Positions 48,371 through 61,155 of a stretch of 64,000 bases of DNA are shown piece by piece. The stretch covers positions 35,404,001 to 35,468,000 of the forward strand of contig CM059432.1 of assembly GCA_030390025.1 (NCBI GenBank), read 5' to 3'. A model generated the notes under the pieces. It was not told where the DNA came from. It saw only the letters and a list, made by a program, of their open reading frames with translations, and ran no database searches. The position numbers and the translations under genes are program-made. How positions within the stretch are numbered: position 1 is the first letter of the stretch; each line of letters starts with the position of its first letter. The DNA is from Squalus acanthias. Its lineage: Eukaryota.

Positions 48371-49089
48371 TCTCAACAAAACACAGATAAAAAACAAATC
48401 AGTCATTCATCTCATTGCTGTTTGTAGAACATTGGTGACCTAGAATGGCTGCTGCATTTGCTAATAGTCAGTGCATTTCAAAAGTAATACATTGTGTGAA
48501 ACGCTGAGAAGTTTTAACGTATATTCTAAAATGTACAGCACTCCAATTCCTCCCTCCATAACAGATTGGATAATGTAATTCATTGTATGTAAAGCAGCCA
48601 ACGACTGTCCTGAGATACGTAATAAAGTGTTATATAAATCCAAGCTTGTTCTTTCTTTTCCAATCTTCATTAGTGTTTAAGTTTGATTGTACCGAGGGCA
48701 TTTCATGCAATGCACAATAGTTCAGAAGACTTCTTACTGACCCCAATAAATTAGCAGCTACTAAAATGTACCCATTAGCCTGAAGGCAACACTCAAATCG
48801 TTAAGCAACAGTGAAATTCAAACATGATTCCTCCTCCACAAATTTTCTCTGCTTTTTGCTTGGAGTCAGTGACTCCTTGATGGACAGTAATGCAGGTAAC
48901 CCTTCAGTCCCTTGCTCCAGTGACCATTATTCATGCAAGCTTTGACTGTGTCACTGCGTTGAATCAGAGTCAGGCACAATTCAGTCCTCATCCAACATCC
49001 ACACAAGATAAATATGGACAAAGGCGGCCAATCGACCCATCTTAGCTTGTTAATCCTGAAAGAGCTTTCACCACCGCCTCGGGTCACAA

Positions 49090-49860
49090 CATTTAATTGT
49101 GTCTTAAATAATTACAGGATGGTTGATTCCACTGCTAAATCTGGGAGTCCATTCTGTGTTTTGATCAGGCCTAAATTTGCCTTTTGCTAGTTTGAACCTG
49201 TTTCCTTTGCACTACGCTCAGTCAGTTTGAACTCATTTTCCATATCCACTATTTCCAAAACATTTACAAGCTTCTTTACCTCCGACGGCTAAAAGGTCCA
49301 AGTTTCTTTCTTCTGTCCTTTGACACCAGGGATCAGCCTCATGGTTCTTCTGTGCACTGCCCCCAGGGCTAGAACGTTGCCCTTGTGTCTTGGTGGCCAG
49401 ACCTTGACCAGTATTCAAGATGTGGTCTTGTACAGTTTTAGCATGACTTACTCTGACTTGTACTCTACTCTTTGAGCCATCTAGTTTAGTATTCGATTTT
49501 TTTTGTTGATTTCTGTTGACATGACAGACATGTTGAGTGACAAGCCTACTAAGACCCCTAGATCTTTGTCACCCTCAGCTGGTTTGACACTGTCCATGAA
49601 ACACTCGTCACCCTTTGATCTTTACAATTGTCTACAGCAAATTTCATTTGCCATTGTTCCGCCCACTTGTGTATCCTTCTCGACTATTTGAGTTCCTGAG
49701 CTACTACCGTGGAATCAACTGCCCCTCCGTGTTCCACATCACCTACAAACTTGATCAGTTTGCCTCGTATTTTTGCACTCAAGCCGTTGATGTAAATTAT
49801 ACATAATAGGAGTCTCAACATCGGCCCCTGGGTCAACACCACTCAGCACTTTCCCGCACT
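49090..49860 (-). mobile_element. Very old degraded LINE RT 3' fragment
   Basis: ccaggggccgatgttgag (PQGS-like) and agaccacatcttgaatactgg (RPHLEY) on the minus strand. Confidence 0.6.
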
Positions 49861-52229
49861 GTCAGTCAGGGGTTCTGGATAATCATTTGAAGCAGAAACC
49901 CAGGACAATTTTTCTCCTCCCTTGCTCAGGAACACAGAATAATTTTTTAGTGCTCCAACCTTGATCAGAAAGCTTAGTATAGACCACGGATCAAACCTAG
50001 GACCCTCCTTTCACCATCTAAAAATACTGAACCCATTGGACAGCTCATGTTTTCTTTTAAACAATGTAGTGTGTAGTGGAGAGACATCCAGTGAATAGTA
50101 CATTACAGGAGTGCATGAACGATAAGCTTAATTTCATGCTTTTTAACTTTCTTACATATTTTGCTTAGACACAAACATTTTGATCAGGAGCTGTTCCAGT
50201 ATTCATCATCAGGCATCACACAACCTTGCCACCCTAAAAATGAACTTACTTTTGGGTTTTTAAACTTACTGGCCTCAACACTGCAGCTTCCCTCTCCTTC
50301 CTATCTATTTTGAGTTCTTCCTGGTCTCCTCTAGTTACAGTCCCACGGTCCCTGGCATGCCAGTGCACTTCAGGTTCTACTACTGCTGCTCGTCAAATGT
50401 CAGTTTGGCACAGTTGGTAGCACTCACACCCGAATCAGAAATTTAGGTTCAAATGCCATTCTCGGACTTGAGAGCATAATGTAACCCGAGACTTCAGTGC
50501 AGGATCGAAGGAGCACTGCACTACACTGGCAAAGGTGCCATCCTTTAGATGAGATGTTAAACGGAGACCACGCTGTCTGTTCCAGGATATTGAAGATCAC
50601 ACGGCACAATTCAAAGGGAGCTGCTGGCCTGGTCAACATTCCTCCCTCACCATGCTTAGCGGTCTCCAAACCACTGAGCTTCTGCTTACCCAATATGGAG
50701 TGCAAACTCTTTCTCCAAGATACATATTAACCGTATGATCCAGGGATTTTAGGTGTGCAAGGTGGCAGAACCAAGGCTTAGGGACTACTTCCCCAAAGTG
50801 TGCACAGGATACTAAAGTTCAAGCAGTTAAAACTACGACAAGCACAAAGCAGTGATAAGCATCCCCCTGTTTATCCAGCTGACAATGCACTGACTTGTAG
50901 AACAATGTATAACAGGGCGATGGACTGCACTGAAGTGCAAGCACACAGACACTCTCCAACTCCCACCCTCTCCCATTTAGCTTGCGAGGCGAGAGATGCT
51001 CTATCCGACGGCAGGTTTGTAGACGCACATTTTCGTGGAGCTCTGCAAGTCAGGTCAATTATACTTCAGAGTGAAGCTGACAGAGTGAATCCTGTGCATC
51101 AGTCACAATCCCCTAATGTTGGTTTCATAGGGAACAGCAAAAGTTTATCTTTAAAAAAAATTTAAGATCCAACATTTTCTCTGCAGCCTGTTAAACAGCT
51201 ATTTTGGATCACTCAAAATGTTTTGACTTCACACTGAAACCACGTTTCCTTTTCATATCCCTATATAGCAGCAGCTTTGCGCATGTCACGATGACTTTGC
51301 AACATTGACAAACTTCTGATGGGGGCGCTCAGGTCGAGGAACATTTTGTTTTTTTTAAAAAACTAGTGGCCGCTCAACTAGCTTTCTTTAAAAAAAAAGG
51401 GACATATTTATATTGCACCTATCACATCTTAATATCCCGAAGGGCTTCATATAAAATAAATCACTTTGAAGTGCAGTGGCTGTTCTCGTGTAGGTAAACG
51501 AAGCAGCTAATGTGCACAAAGAACCAAGGGCGATGAGATGAATAACCCTTTAATCTCGTGTTGGCTGAGGGATGAATGTTGGCCAAGAAACTGGGAGAAC
51601 TCCCTACTTTTCTTCAGATAGCCCCAGGATATTTTGAACGTCCACTTGGCCAGCGCTTCTGGATCGCATCTGAAGGCAGCACCTCCGTGATGCAGCACTC
51701 CGGCAGTCCCTAACTGGTGTCAGCCTGAATCACGTGCTCAATCCGGGCTCCAATCGACAGCCATCTAACCCGGAGGCAAGCACACTACCAACTGAGACAA
51801 TCTGATCCAAACTCACTCGCATAATAAAACTACTTCTGACAATAATGCTCATGAAAAGATTTCTGCACTTTACCGGTTAGAATGCTGCCTTCAGAGAAGT
51901 AAATGATCCGACCTTCGATGTTCCAGCTGTACCAGAGGTCCTTTTTTTTCCCCTGCGGGTCTTGCAAGCTGCCGGTGGACTTACCAGCTCTCATTCTGGC
52001 CCACCAAGTACACGCAAAACCAGTTTAGTGCATCCAGCATCAAAAGCTACCCATTAAAAATACTCCAAACCAGTAATTATAACCAGTATTATGCCTTGCA
52101 CACACACAAAAAGACAGCAATCTGTATTACCAACTGACATCTTATGAGGAAGAGCAATGCTAGCAAGTATTTTATTCGCAGCAAGAGACATGCATCTTCA
52201 GACATACAGTTTCAAGAAGTACTGCCCTG

Positions 52230-52645
52230 TAAGGATTAAATTGTAAGGACAGGTTGCATAGACTAGGTTTGTATTCCCTTGCGTATAGAAGATTAAGGGG
52301 TGATCTAATTGAGGTTTTTAAAATGATTAAAGGATTTGACAGGCTAGATGGAAACTATTTTGTCTGGTGAGGGATAAAGAACAAGGGAGCAATTCCCTTA
52401 AAATTAGAGCTAGGCCGCTCAAGGGTGACATCAGCAAGCACTTCTTCACACAAAGGTTAGTGGAAATCTGAAACTCACTCCCCTAAAAAGCTGTTGAGGC
52501 TAGGTCAATTGAAAATGTCAAAACTGAGATTAGATTTAGCTAGGGATATTAAGGGATATGGAGTTAAAATACAGATTAGCCATAATCTAATTAAATGGCA
52601 GAACAGGCTCGAGGGGCTGAAAGGCCTACTCCTGTTCCTATGTAC
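52230..52645 (+). mobile_element. CR1 3' end fragment
   Basis: RLHRLGLYSL..RRLRGDLIEVFKM-like sequence plus the standard tail. Confidence 0.78.
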
Positions 52646-52857
52646 CGAAACAACAGAAGACAGCCGCTTTGGGGAGGAGGGGGGGGAGAATGATTTTTGT
52701 AGTTCAGTCACTGATATTAGGTAGGCAAACACAGCAGCCTGTTTTCAACCAGCAACATGTCACAGACAGCAATGATTTCATGTTTTTGGTGCTGTTGGCT
52801 GAGGGAAGAATGTTGGCCCAGACACCGGGAAAACTCCTGGGAAGATGTGGTCAACTG

Positions 52858-54208
52858 TGTCCAACCTCCCTTTCCTTTCCAAAGTCCTTGAACGTGTTGT
52901 CGCCTCCCAAATCCATGCCCATCTTTCCCGGAACTCCATGTTTGAATCCCTCCAATCAGGTTTCCACCCCGCCACAGTACCAAAATGGCTCTCAAAGTCA
53001 CAAATGACATCTTATGTGACTGTGACAAAGGTAAACTATCCCTCCTCATCCTTCTCGACCCGACTGCAGCCTTTGACACGGTTAACCACAGTATCCTCGT
53101 CCAATGCCTCTCCACCATCGCCCAGCCGGGTGAGACTGCACTCGCCTGGCTCCATTCTTATCTAATCGCAGCCAGAGAATCACCTGTAATTGCTCATCTT
53201 TCTGCATCCGCACCATTACTTCTATTGTCCCCCAAGGATTTATCCTTGGCCCCCTCCTATTTCTCATCTACATGCTGCCCTTCGGCGACATCATCCGAAA
53301 ACACAGTGCAAGTTTCCACATGCACGCTGACGACACCCAGCTCTACCTCACCACTACCTCTCTCGACCCCTCCACTGTCTGTAAATTGTCAAACTGCTTG
53401 TCTGACATCCAATACTGGATGAGCAGAAATTTTCTAAATATTGGGAAGACTGAAGCCAGCGTATCCAGTCCCTGCCACAAGCTCCGTTCCCTAGCCACCG
53501 ACTCCATCCCCTCTCCGTGCCAACTGCGTGAGGCTGAACCAGACTGTTCACAACCTTGCTGTCATATTTCACCCCGAGATGAGTTTCCGATCACATATCC
53601 GTGCCATCACTAAGACCACCTATCTCCACCTCCGGAACATCGCCCAACTCCACCCCTGCCTTAGCTCATCTCATCTGCTGCTGAAACCCTCATCTATGCC
53701 TTTGTTACCTCTAGACTTGACTATTCCAACACACTCCTGGCCGGCCTCCCATGTTCTACTCTCCTTAAACTTGAGATCATCCAAAACTCTGTTGCTCGCT
53801 GACCTACATTGGCTCCCAGTTAAGCAACACCTCAATTTCAAAATTCTCATCCTTGTTTTCAAATCCCTCCATGGCCTCCTCGCCCCTCCCTATCTCTGTA
53901 ATCTCCTCCAGCCCCACAACCGCGCCCCCCCCCCCCCCCCCAACCCCGAGATATCTGAGCTTCTCTAATTCTGGCCTCTTGAACGTTCCCAATTTTAATC
54001 GCTCCACCGTTCGTGGCCATGTCTTCAGCTGCTAAGGCCCTAAGCTCTGGAAATCCCTCCCTACCTCTTTGACCAAGCTTTTAGTCCTCTGTCCTAATAT
54101 CACCTTATATGGTTCGGTGTCAAATTTTGTTTTATTACGCTCCTGTGAAGTGCCTTGGAATGTTGTACTACATTAAAAGGTGCTATATAAATACAAGTTG
54201 TTGTTGTT
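52858..54208 (+). mobile_element. L2-type LINE, RT to 3' end, degraded
   Basis: SNLPFLSKVLERVVASQ, QSGF, LKVTNDIL, AAFDTV, HADDTQLY and LHWLPV; tail gctatataaatacaag(ttg)n. Confidence 0.9.
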
Positions 54209-55914
54209 ATTTATCAGCTATGAAGTGCTTTGAGCTGTGATACGGCAGGATATAAACTCAAGTTATTTCATTGTGTTTCTTTCCTTGCAGCCTTTTTTTT
54301 TTAAAAAAGAGCTAATCTGCAGGGTCTAGACACCACATTTCACCTCTCTTCAAATTCAGCCAGAAGTCTCCTGTGTGTGCGCAGGCTGTGAGGGTCTGTT
54401 ACCAGTTTCAACAACAACTTTCATTTATATAGCCCCTTTAACGTAGTAAAACGTCCCACGGTGTGGGGTGCAGTAACAGTATTGGACTAACAACCCAGAG
54501 CTCGCAAGTTCAAATCCCACTGCTGCAAAACATGCAACTGAACTCAATAAGTCCAGTAAATTGTTGGTTGGCACCAAAACAAATTACCATGAAAGACACA
54601 GGAATATTGTAAAAACCCAACCCGTTCACTAATGTCCTTCAGGGAAGGGAACCGGCCACCCTACCCAGACTGGCGTGCAAGAGACCCCAGTCCAACACTA
54701 TGTAGTTGACTGAAGGGCCTTGTCAAAAGCAATTACTAGAAGGCAGCCACAATCACATCCAGAGGATGCACCCATGGATCTTAAAACTGCTCCTAATTAG
54801 GCACTGAACGGGCTGCAGGATCACTGTTGTGGGAAATGTCACAATGCAGCAATAGCAGGCAGCCTTCTGAAGTTGGAGCTGAGGAAGATGTTGGAGCAGA
54901 GCACAAGGAACTTTAATCTACATCTGACTCTGGAGGTACTGTGTGCTCCACTCCCCAGGACTAACAGTTCCTGAGCACAAAAAAACTGTCACACACAAGA
55001 ATCTGAGTTAATCGACGCACAAGAGCTGCGGTCATTGACTCCCATGTCCTTTGCCAATACAAATCACCGTGTATACATCTCCAGCTTCCTTGCTTTGTCT
55101 GCTCACCAAGGGCAGTAACCTATCCCAACAGATGTTTTAGTGAGCTCTGTAGCTTCTAAGCCAGAGTTTTACTTTTAAAGTTATTTTTACAAATCGATTC
55201 CCTTGGGCCAAATTATTCCAAATACTTGGAATATTTCTCGATAATTCCATAAGCTCTTCGAAGTCAGATGAAAGTATTCTTGTGTTTACATGATCTGAAT
55301 CCACTGCAACAAAACTGCAGCAGCAACTTCCTCTTTCAACCGCAGTCCAAACTCAACCTTATCGCACACAGCAGCAGCATAGTAACAGCTTCCTTTTCAC
55401 CCACACTCTAGGGAGGAGCCATTAACTGAATTAACATGTTGTCAGTTTGGTAGCACTCTCAGTCAGAGGGTTCTGGGTGCACACCCCCACACAGCAGAGG
55501 CTTGAGCTTATGATCCAGTCTGACGCAACAGTGCAGCACTGAGGGAGTGCGGCATTGCTGGGGATGGCACCTTTTGAATATGATGAGCAAACCAACACCA
55601 TTTAAACTGCGTTCAAGATTCCATAGGACCATTCAATGAGCAAGGAGCTGTCCTGATTTCTTGGCCAACATTCCTCCCTCAAAACACCACAATCCAAAAA
55701 AAAAAGTTAATTGGTCATTCACCCCACTACCCCATTGTGAGGCAATGCTGATCCAGAACAGCTACATCCTACATAATAAGAATCACTGCACTCCCAAAGT
55801 CATCCATTGGGTGAAGCACATTGAGAGATTTTGATTTGATGAGTCGCTGCATAATTGCAAAGATAATAACACCACAATTAGTTGGTACGGTCACTTAGGG
55901 GTTATGTTGCACGA

Positions 55915-56215
55915 TTCATAATCCAGAGAACGGGAGTTCAAATCCCACCACTGGCAATCTGAATTCAGTTTTTAAATTCTGCATATAAAGTAAGTGACCA
56001 TGAAGCTGTCGGATTGTCGTAAAAATCTCATCTGGTCCACGAACGCCCTTCAGAGAAGTAAACCTACCATCCTTACCCGGTCTGGATATGTGACTCCAGT
56101 CACCCACAAATGTGGTTGACTCTTAACTGCCCTCAGTTGTATCGCTACCTTCTCAGAGCAAATAAAGATGGGCAATAAATGCCAGCCTCGTCAGCAATGG
56201 CCTCAACCCAAAAAT
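55915..56215 (+). mobile_element. tRNA-derived SINE sharing head and tail with the second CR1-like family (other copies at ~54470-54720, 63705-64000, minus ~6130-6350)
   Basis: B-box gagttcaaatcccacc, body gaccatgaa..tgtcgtaaaaa..tgactccag, and tail gggcaataaatgcc. Confidence 0.75.
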
Positions 56216-56489
56216 TAATTTTAAAATATTAATATGAATACCTATTACGTACAAGTACATAGTAATATAACACTCCTGTTATATGCATATAACAGACCAC
56301 TAGTTCTGATGTATATAGTACTACAGAAGTGTTATATTACTGACACCTGCTGTAATATATATCAGAGCTTGTGGTCTGTCAGTAATATACCACTGATCAA
56401 ACCATGCCATGAATCCTCTTCCACTGCTCCATATCTCCATCTCCTGTCCTAAATCCCCCTTCCATTAATAGAATTCCCCTCCAATTAAA

Positions 56490-56970
56490 CTTACATTTAT
56501 ATAGCATCTTTTCTGTAGCAAAGCCCCAAGGCACTCCACAGGTGTATTATCAAACAAAATTTGACACTGAGCCACATAAGGAGATATTAGATGACCAAAA
56601 GCTTGGTCAAAGAGATAGGTTTTAAGGAGCGTCTTAAAGAGAGAGGCTTAGGGAGGGAATTCCAGAGCTTCGGCCTAGGCAGCTGAAGGTATGGCTACCA
56701 ATGGTGGAGCGGTTAAAATCAGGGATGCCCAAGAGGCCAGAATTGGAGGCGCGCAGAGATCTCGGAGGGTTGTAGGGCTGGAAGAGAGTATAGAAATAGG
56801 GAGGGGCGAGGCCATGGAGGGACTTGAAAACAAGGATAAGAATTTTTAAATTGAGGTGTTTCCGGACCAGGAGCAGGGGCAGAGTCGGGCGACGTTACCG
56901 ATGTGGAAGTAGGCAATCTTGGTGATGGAGTAGATGTGTGGTTGGAAACTCATCTGGGGTTAAATACGAC
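56490..56970 (-). mobile_element. L2-type LINE 3' fragment
   Basis: Reverse complement resembles 53600-54200. Confidence 0.8.
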
Positions 56971-56974
56971 ACAT

Positions 56975-57745
56975 CAATCGAACCTCCCTCCCCTGAATCC
57001 CCCTCCCAATGATCTAACCTCCTTCCCCTGAATCCCCCTCCCAATTATCTAACATCCCTCCCCTGAATCCCCCTCCCAATGATCTAACATCCCTCCCCTG
57101 AATCCCCCTCCCAATGATCTAACATCCCTCCCCTGAATCCCCTCCCATGGATCAAACCTCCCTCCCATTGACCTGAATCGTCTTCCATTGATCAAATTTC
57201 CCTCTCACTGATCGAACATCCATCCTCTGCATGAATGCCTCTCCCCTCCCAAATCCCCCTCCCACTGATCAATCCTTCCTTTCCTACACTGAATTCCCCT
57301 TACATGCCCTAAATTCCTCCTCCCCTGCATCCCCCTCCACTGCCCCATCCCATTTGCTGCCTAAGATATTTAGCCTGTTCCTGCTGTGAACTGCTTGCCC
57401 CTCTGTCACTCTCCCAGCCCCTCTATACCATTCTGGCTCTCCCTACGCCCCTCACTCCCTGCCCCCGCACTCCCTGCACCCTCGCTCCTGCTCCCACTCT
57501 CCCCGCCCTCCTGTCCCACCCTCGCTCTCTGACCCTTTATTCCCACTCTCCCTGCCCCTCTGTCCCACCCTCGCTCCCTGCCCCTTTATTCCCACTCTCC
57601 CTGCCCTCTATACCGCCCCCTCACTCCCTGCCCCTCTGTCCCCCTTGCTCCCCCTGTCCCTCTATACCACCCTGGTTCTCTGCCCCTTCATTCCCACATT
57701 CTCTGCCGCCCGACTCCCTGCACCTCCAGCCCCTTTCTCCCTGCT
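56975..57745 (+). repeat. C-rich tandem repeats (35-bp unit ATCTAACATCCCTCCCCTGAATCCCCCTCCCAATG, then degenerate CT-rich units) at the start of intron 1
   Basis: About five 35-bp units at 56985-57150, then pyrimidine-rich repeats. Confidence 0.85.
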
Positions 57746-57889
57746 TAGACCACTAAATCTGATATATAAATACTGCTGGAGTGTTATATTATTCCCTTTT
57801 TCCAGGCTGTAAACAGAGGCCTAGAGACAGGGTTGGGGGGGGGGGGGGGGGGGGGGAGTAGAAGGCGGTAGGGTGAGTCCAGTACTCAG

Positions 57890-58115
57890 CACCCCGGCCT
57901 GTGTGACCCCGGACTCCCTTACCTGCAGCTGCCGCTCCCGCAGCGCTCTCAGCCGCTCCTTCCTCTTCAGCGCCTCCTCCTGTAGTTTCCCGGCTCGATC
58001 CGCCATCTTCCCGACAGCCCCCACGGCAGTCGTGGCCAGCCGCTCACAGGACGATCGGCAAGCGCCGGGGAGGGAACGCCGAGCGCATCGATTCACCCAA
58101 TGACGTCACGCCAAA
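57890..58115 (-). promoter_or_regulatory. CpG-rich CCDC12 promoter/5'UTR with a CRE (TGACGTCA, 58101-58108), overlapping CCAAT (58097-58101) and a YY1-type AAGATGGCGG over the start codon
   Basis: Local cluster of CpGs in an otherwise CpG-poor window; the motifs are read directly; typical TATA-less housekeeping promoter layout. Confidence 0.7.
57923..58006 (-). CDS. CCDC12: Coiled-coil domain-containing protein 12 (Cwf18 family), coding exon 1
   Basis: ATG at 58006-58004 in AAGATGGCGG context; encodes MADRAGKLQEEALKRKERLRALRERQLQ, resembling the CCDC12 N-terminus (GRLEEEALRRKERLKALRE); ends CAG|GTAAGG, phase 0; lies in a CpG-rich segment. Confidence 0.95.
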
Positions 58116-58289
58116 TAGTCTATCACCAAAACATTGAAAGTAAATTAGAGGCTTGTAACACAAGAGAGAGTGGAAAAACACAATCTATTTTTAAAATGGT
58201 TCACGCTTACACACTGAGTTATCCAACAAGGGTACTCAGTTTAAAGTCTACTCATTTATATATGTGGAACTACATGTAAAAAAGAAAAA

Positions 58290-59650
58290 AGGAAGACTTG
58301 CATTTATATGGTGCATTTCACGACCACCAGACGTCTCAACGCACTTTACAGCCAATGAAGTACTTTTGGAGTGCAGTCACTGTTATAATGTAGGAAACGT
58401 GGCAGCCAAGTTGTGCACAGCAAGCTCCCACAGACAGCAGTGTGATAATGACCAGATAATCTGTTTTTGTTGTTGATTGAGGGATAAATATTGGCAGGAC
58501 ACCAGGGATAACTCAAATAACAACAGAAAACGCTGGAAAAACTCAGCAGGCCAGGCAGCATCCGTGGAGAGAGAAAGAGAGTTAACGTTTCAGGTCGATG
58601 ACCTTTCGTCAGAACTGTGAAGAGCCGGAAATCAAATAGATTTAAGGCCAGAGTAAAGCTGGGAAAAGGGGGAGGGGATAAAAGAACAAAGGGGGGAATG
58701 AAGAGACATTAAGAGACATTAAGAGATATGCAAGGCTAGAGGTGGTGTTAATGTGACAGATTAAGGCTGAAAGAAGTGTGAAATCCACTGGCAGAATGAA
58801 GGACAGCTGCCAGCTTCTAGGAGGAAAAAAAAGGCGGGGGGGGGCAAATAAAAGGGTGGAAAAAATAAAATATAAATGTGATTGGAGCTGAGGTTATGAT
58901 CTAAAATTGTTGAACTCGATATTGAGTCCAGAGGGCTGTAGCGTGCCTAAACGAAAGATGAGGTGCTGTTCCTCGAGCTTACGCTGCGCTTCCGTGGAAC
59001 AGTGTAATAGGCCGAGGACGGTGAGGTCAGAGTGGGAGTGAAGCGGTGAATTAAAGTGACAGGCCACCGGGAGCTCGGGGTCCCCCTTACGGACTGAACG
59101 GAGGTGTTCCGCAAAGCGGTCACCCAATCTGCGTTTGGTCTCCCCAATGTAGAGGAGACCACATCGTGAGCAGCGAATACAGTATACTAAATTGCAGGAA
59201 GTACAAGTAAATCGCTGTTTCACCTGGAAGGGGTGTTTGGGGCCCTGGACAGTGGGAAGAGGGGAGGTGTAAGGGCATGTGTTGCATCTCCTGCGCGTGC
59301 ACGGGAAGGTGCCGGGCGAAGGGGAAGGGGTGCTGGGGGTGGTAGAGGAGTGGACTAGGGTGTCGCGGAGGGAGCGGTCCCTGCGGAATGCTGAAAGGGG
59401 AGGTGAGGGGATAACTCCCCTGCTCTTTTTCAAAATAGTGCCATGGGATCTTTTACATCTTACCCGAGAGAGCAGACAGGGCATCAGTTTAATGTCTCCT
59501 CCAAAAGACTACCTCCAACAGTGCAGCATTCCCTCAGTACTGTACTGGAATGTCAGCCAAGATGTTTATGCTTAAGTTTCTGGAGTGGGAATTGAACCCA
59601 CAACCTTCTGGTTCAGAGGCAAAAGTGCTACCCACTGAGCCACAGCTGAT
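58290..59650 (-). mobile_element. SacSINE1/DeuSINE-type SINE split by a Penelope insertion
   Basis: Tail at 58290-58514 and head at 59408-59650 join across the TSD. Confidence 0.85.
58515..59407 (-). mobile_element. Penelope-like retroelement 3' part with an intact GIY-YIG endonuclease domain
   Basis: ORF segment CTRRRCNTC...NLVYCIRCSRCGLLYIGETKRRLGDRFAEH...GLN; TSD GGGATAACTC at 58505-58514 and 59408-59417. Confidence 0.93.
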
Positions 59651-60119
59651 ACTGTAGGAATTGTTTCCTTATAGGTTGAGTTATCTACACTATTAAACTC
59701 AAAATAAATGTTTCTGAATTAGTACCAACCACATTATCCCATGTCCAGAATCAAAGGGCTGAATAAGGGTAAGAGATTGCAGCAATTATGAACATATCAA
59801 ATCCGTCCCTTGTCCATTGAAGCCACTTACCGCTCAGTATAAATATATATATATGACATATAATAAATTTATAAATATGTGTGTGTGTGCCCGTGCACAT
59901 AGAGTTTAAATGTCATGAGGAATGTGATCCATATGTTTATTGTATATTGCATTTACTGTGTGTTTTCTTAAATATAGAACTGTTATATTTTTCCAGATGT
60001 ATTACCAAATATCTGTTTCCACATTAGAGGCGCAGATCCAAACTAAAAGCCTTACCTTTGAGATCCATACGAACCTTGAGACATTTTTGGCCTGACCAGC
60101 TCAATTAATGGCGTCATCT

Positions 60120-60478
60120 GTGAGCACAAAAATCTAGACTGACACTCCAGTGCTGTCTTTGGGCTGAGACGTTAACCCGAGGCCCCGTCTGCCCTCTCAG
60201 GTGGACGTAAAAGATTCTATGGCACTACTTTGATGAAGAGCAGGGGAGCTCTCCCCAGTGTCCTAGCCAACATTTATCCCTCAATTAACATCACTAAAAA
60301 AAACAGATTATCTGGTCATTATCACATTGCTATTTGTGGGAGCTTGCTGTGCGTAAATTGGCTGCCGTGTTTCCTACATTACAACAGTGACTACACTTCA
60401 ATAAGTACTTCATTGGTTGTAAAGCGCCTTGGGACGTCCAGTGGTCATGAAAGGCGCCATATAAACGCAAGTTTTTTT
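60120..60478 (+). mobile_element. SacSINE1/DeuSINE-type SINE, 5'-truncated
   Basis: Matches 16325-16710. Confidence 0.82.
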
Positions 60479-60921
60479 ATAATTGCTAAAAAAAAAATCC
60501 AGAGGTGACTCATGCTCCTTGTCATCTCTATAAGTGCCTATTTTATCTGATACAGCGAGATGGATAAACCTTCCAAAAAGTAACAGAGACATTTTAAACT
60601 TGAGATGATCCTGCCTGCCAATGAATTCCCAAATAAATTACATTAAACATATACAAGCTTCAATTTTGTGAGGCCACTAAAATTAGGGTTGCGCACGCTT
60701 GCGGTGAGGGAGACTGTGGAGCACTGGCTTCATCGAATTTTGCAAGCCCATCCCATCATCCTCCCTGAGCAGGAGAAACGTGTGGGGAGTCTGGCCAGCA
60801 GCCCCATTGACTGGAGGGTCTGCTATCTGCCCATTCTACATCTTTTTAAGGTACAACTGCTGCCCCCTAAAGTGGAGGGTAATATTGAGTGGGTCAAAAA
60901 AAATCTTTCCTTCCTTAAGAA

Positions 60922-61155
60922 ATGAAGATGAGGAGAAAGGTGCAGAAAACTGACCCTTTTGAAGATGACAGCTTGGTGATCTTGCTGCAGGAGGTACAGC
61001 AAATGAAGGTGGCTCTTTTGGAGCCGAAGTACCCCTCCTGTGAATTTGAGGTGTAAGCTGCATGGATTAAAGTAACCCATCGAATGAATGCAGTCGCTCA
61101 AGTCGTTGCACCCTGGGTGTAAATGGGAAAGAAGTACACTGCTATCAGAAAGTAA
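60922..61155 (+). pseudogene. Decayed Myb/SANT-like DNA-binding domain, likely PIF/Harbinger second ORF
   Basis: A single frame reads MKMRRKVQKTDPFEDDSLVILLQEVQQMKVALL...*AAWIKVTHRMNAVAQVVAPWV*MGKKYTAIRK, with two in-frame stops, followed by a donor-like aagtaagt. Confidence 0.6.

Noticed and set aside
50268..50390. Possible extra minus-strand exon ending in a GTAAGT donor
   Set aside because: No convincing acceptor or homology, and exons 1 and 2 already join in frame with a CCDC12-like sequence.
57821..58096. 91-aa single-exon ORF
   Set aside because: Only 57923-58006 is CCDC12-like. The ORF reads through the GT donor into intron, and the upstream extension has no recognisable homology.
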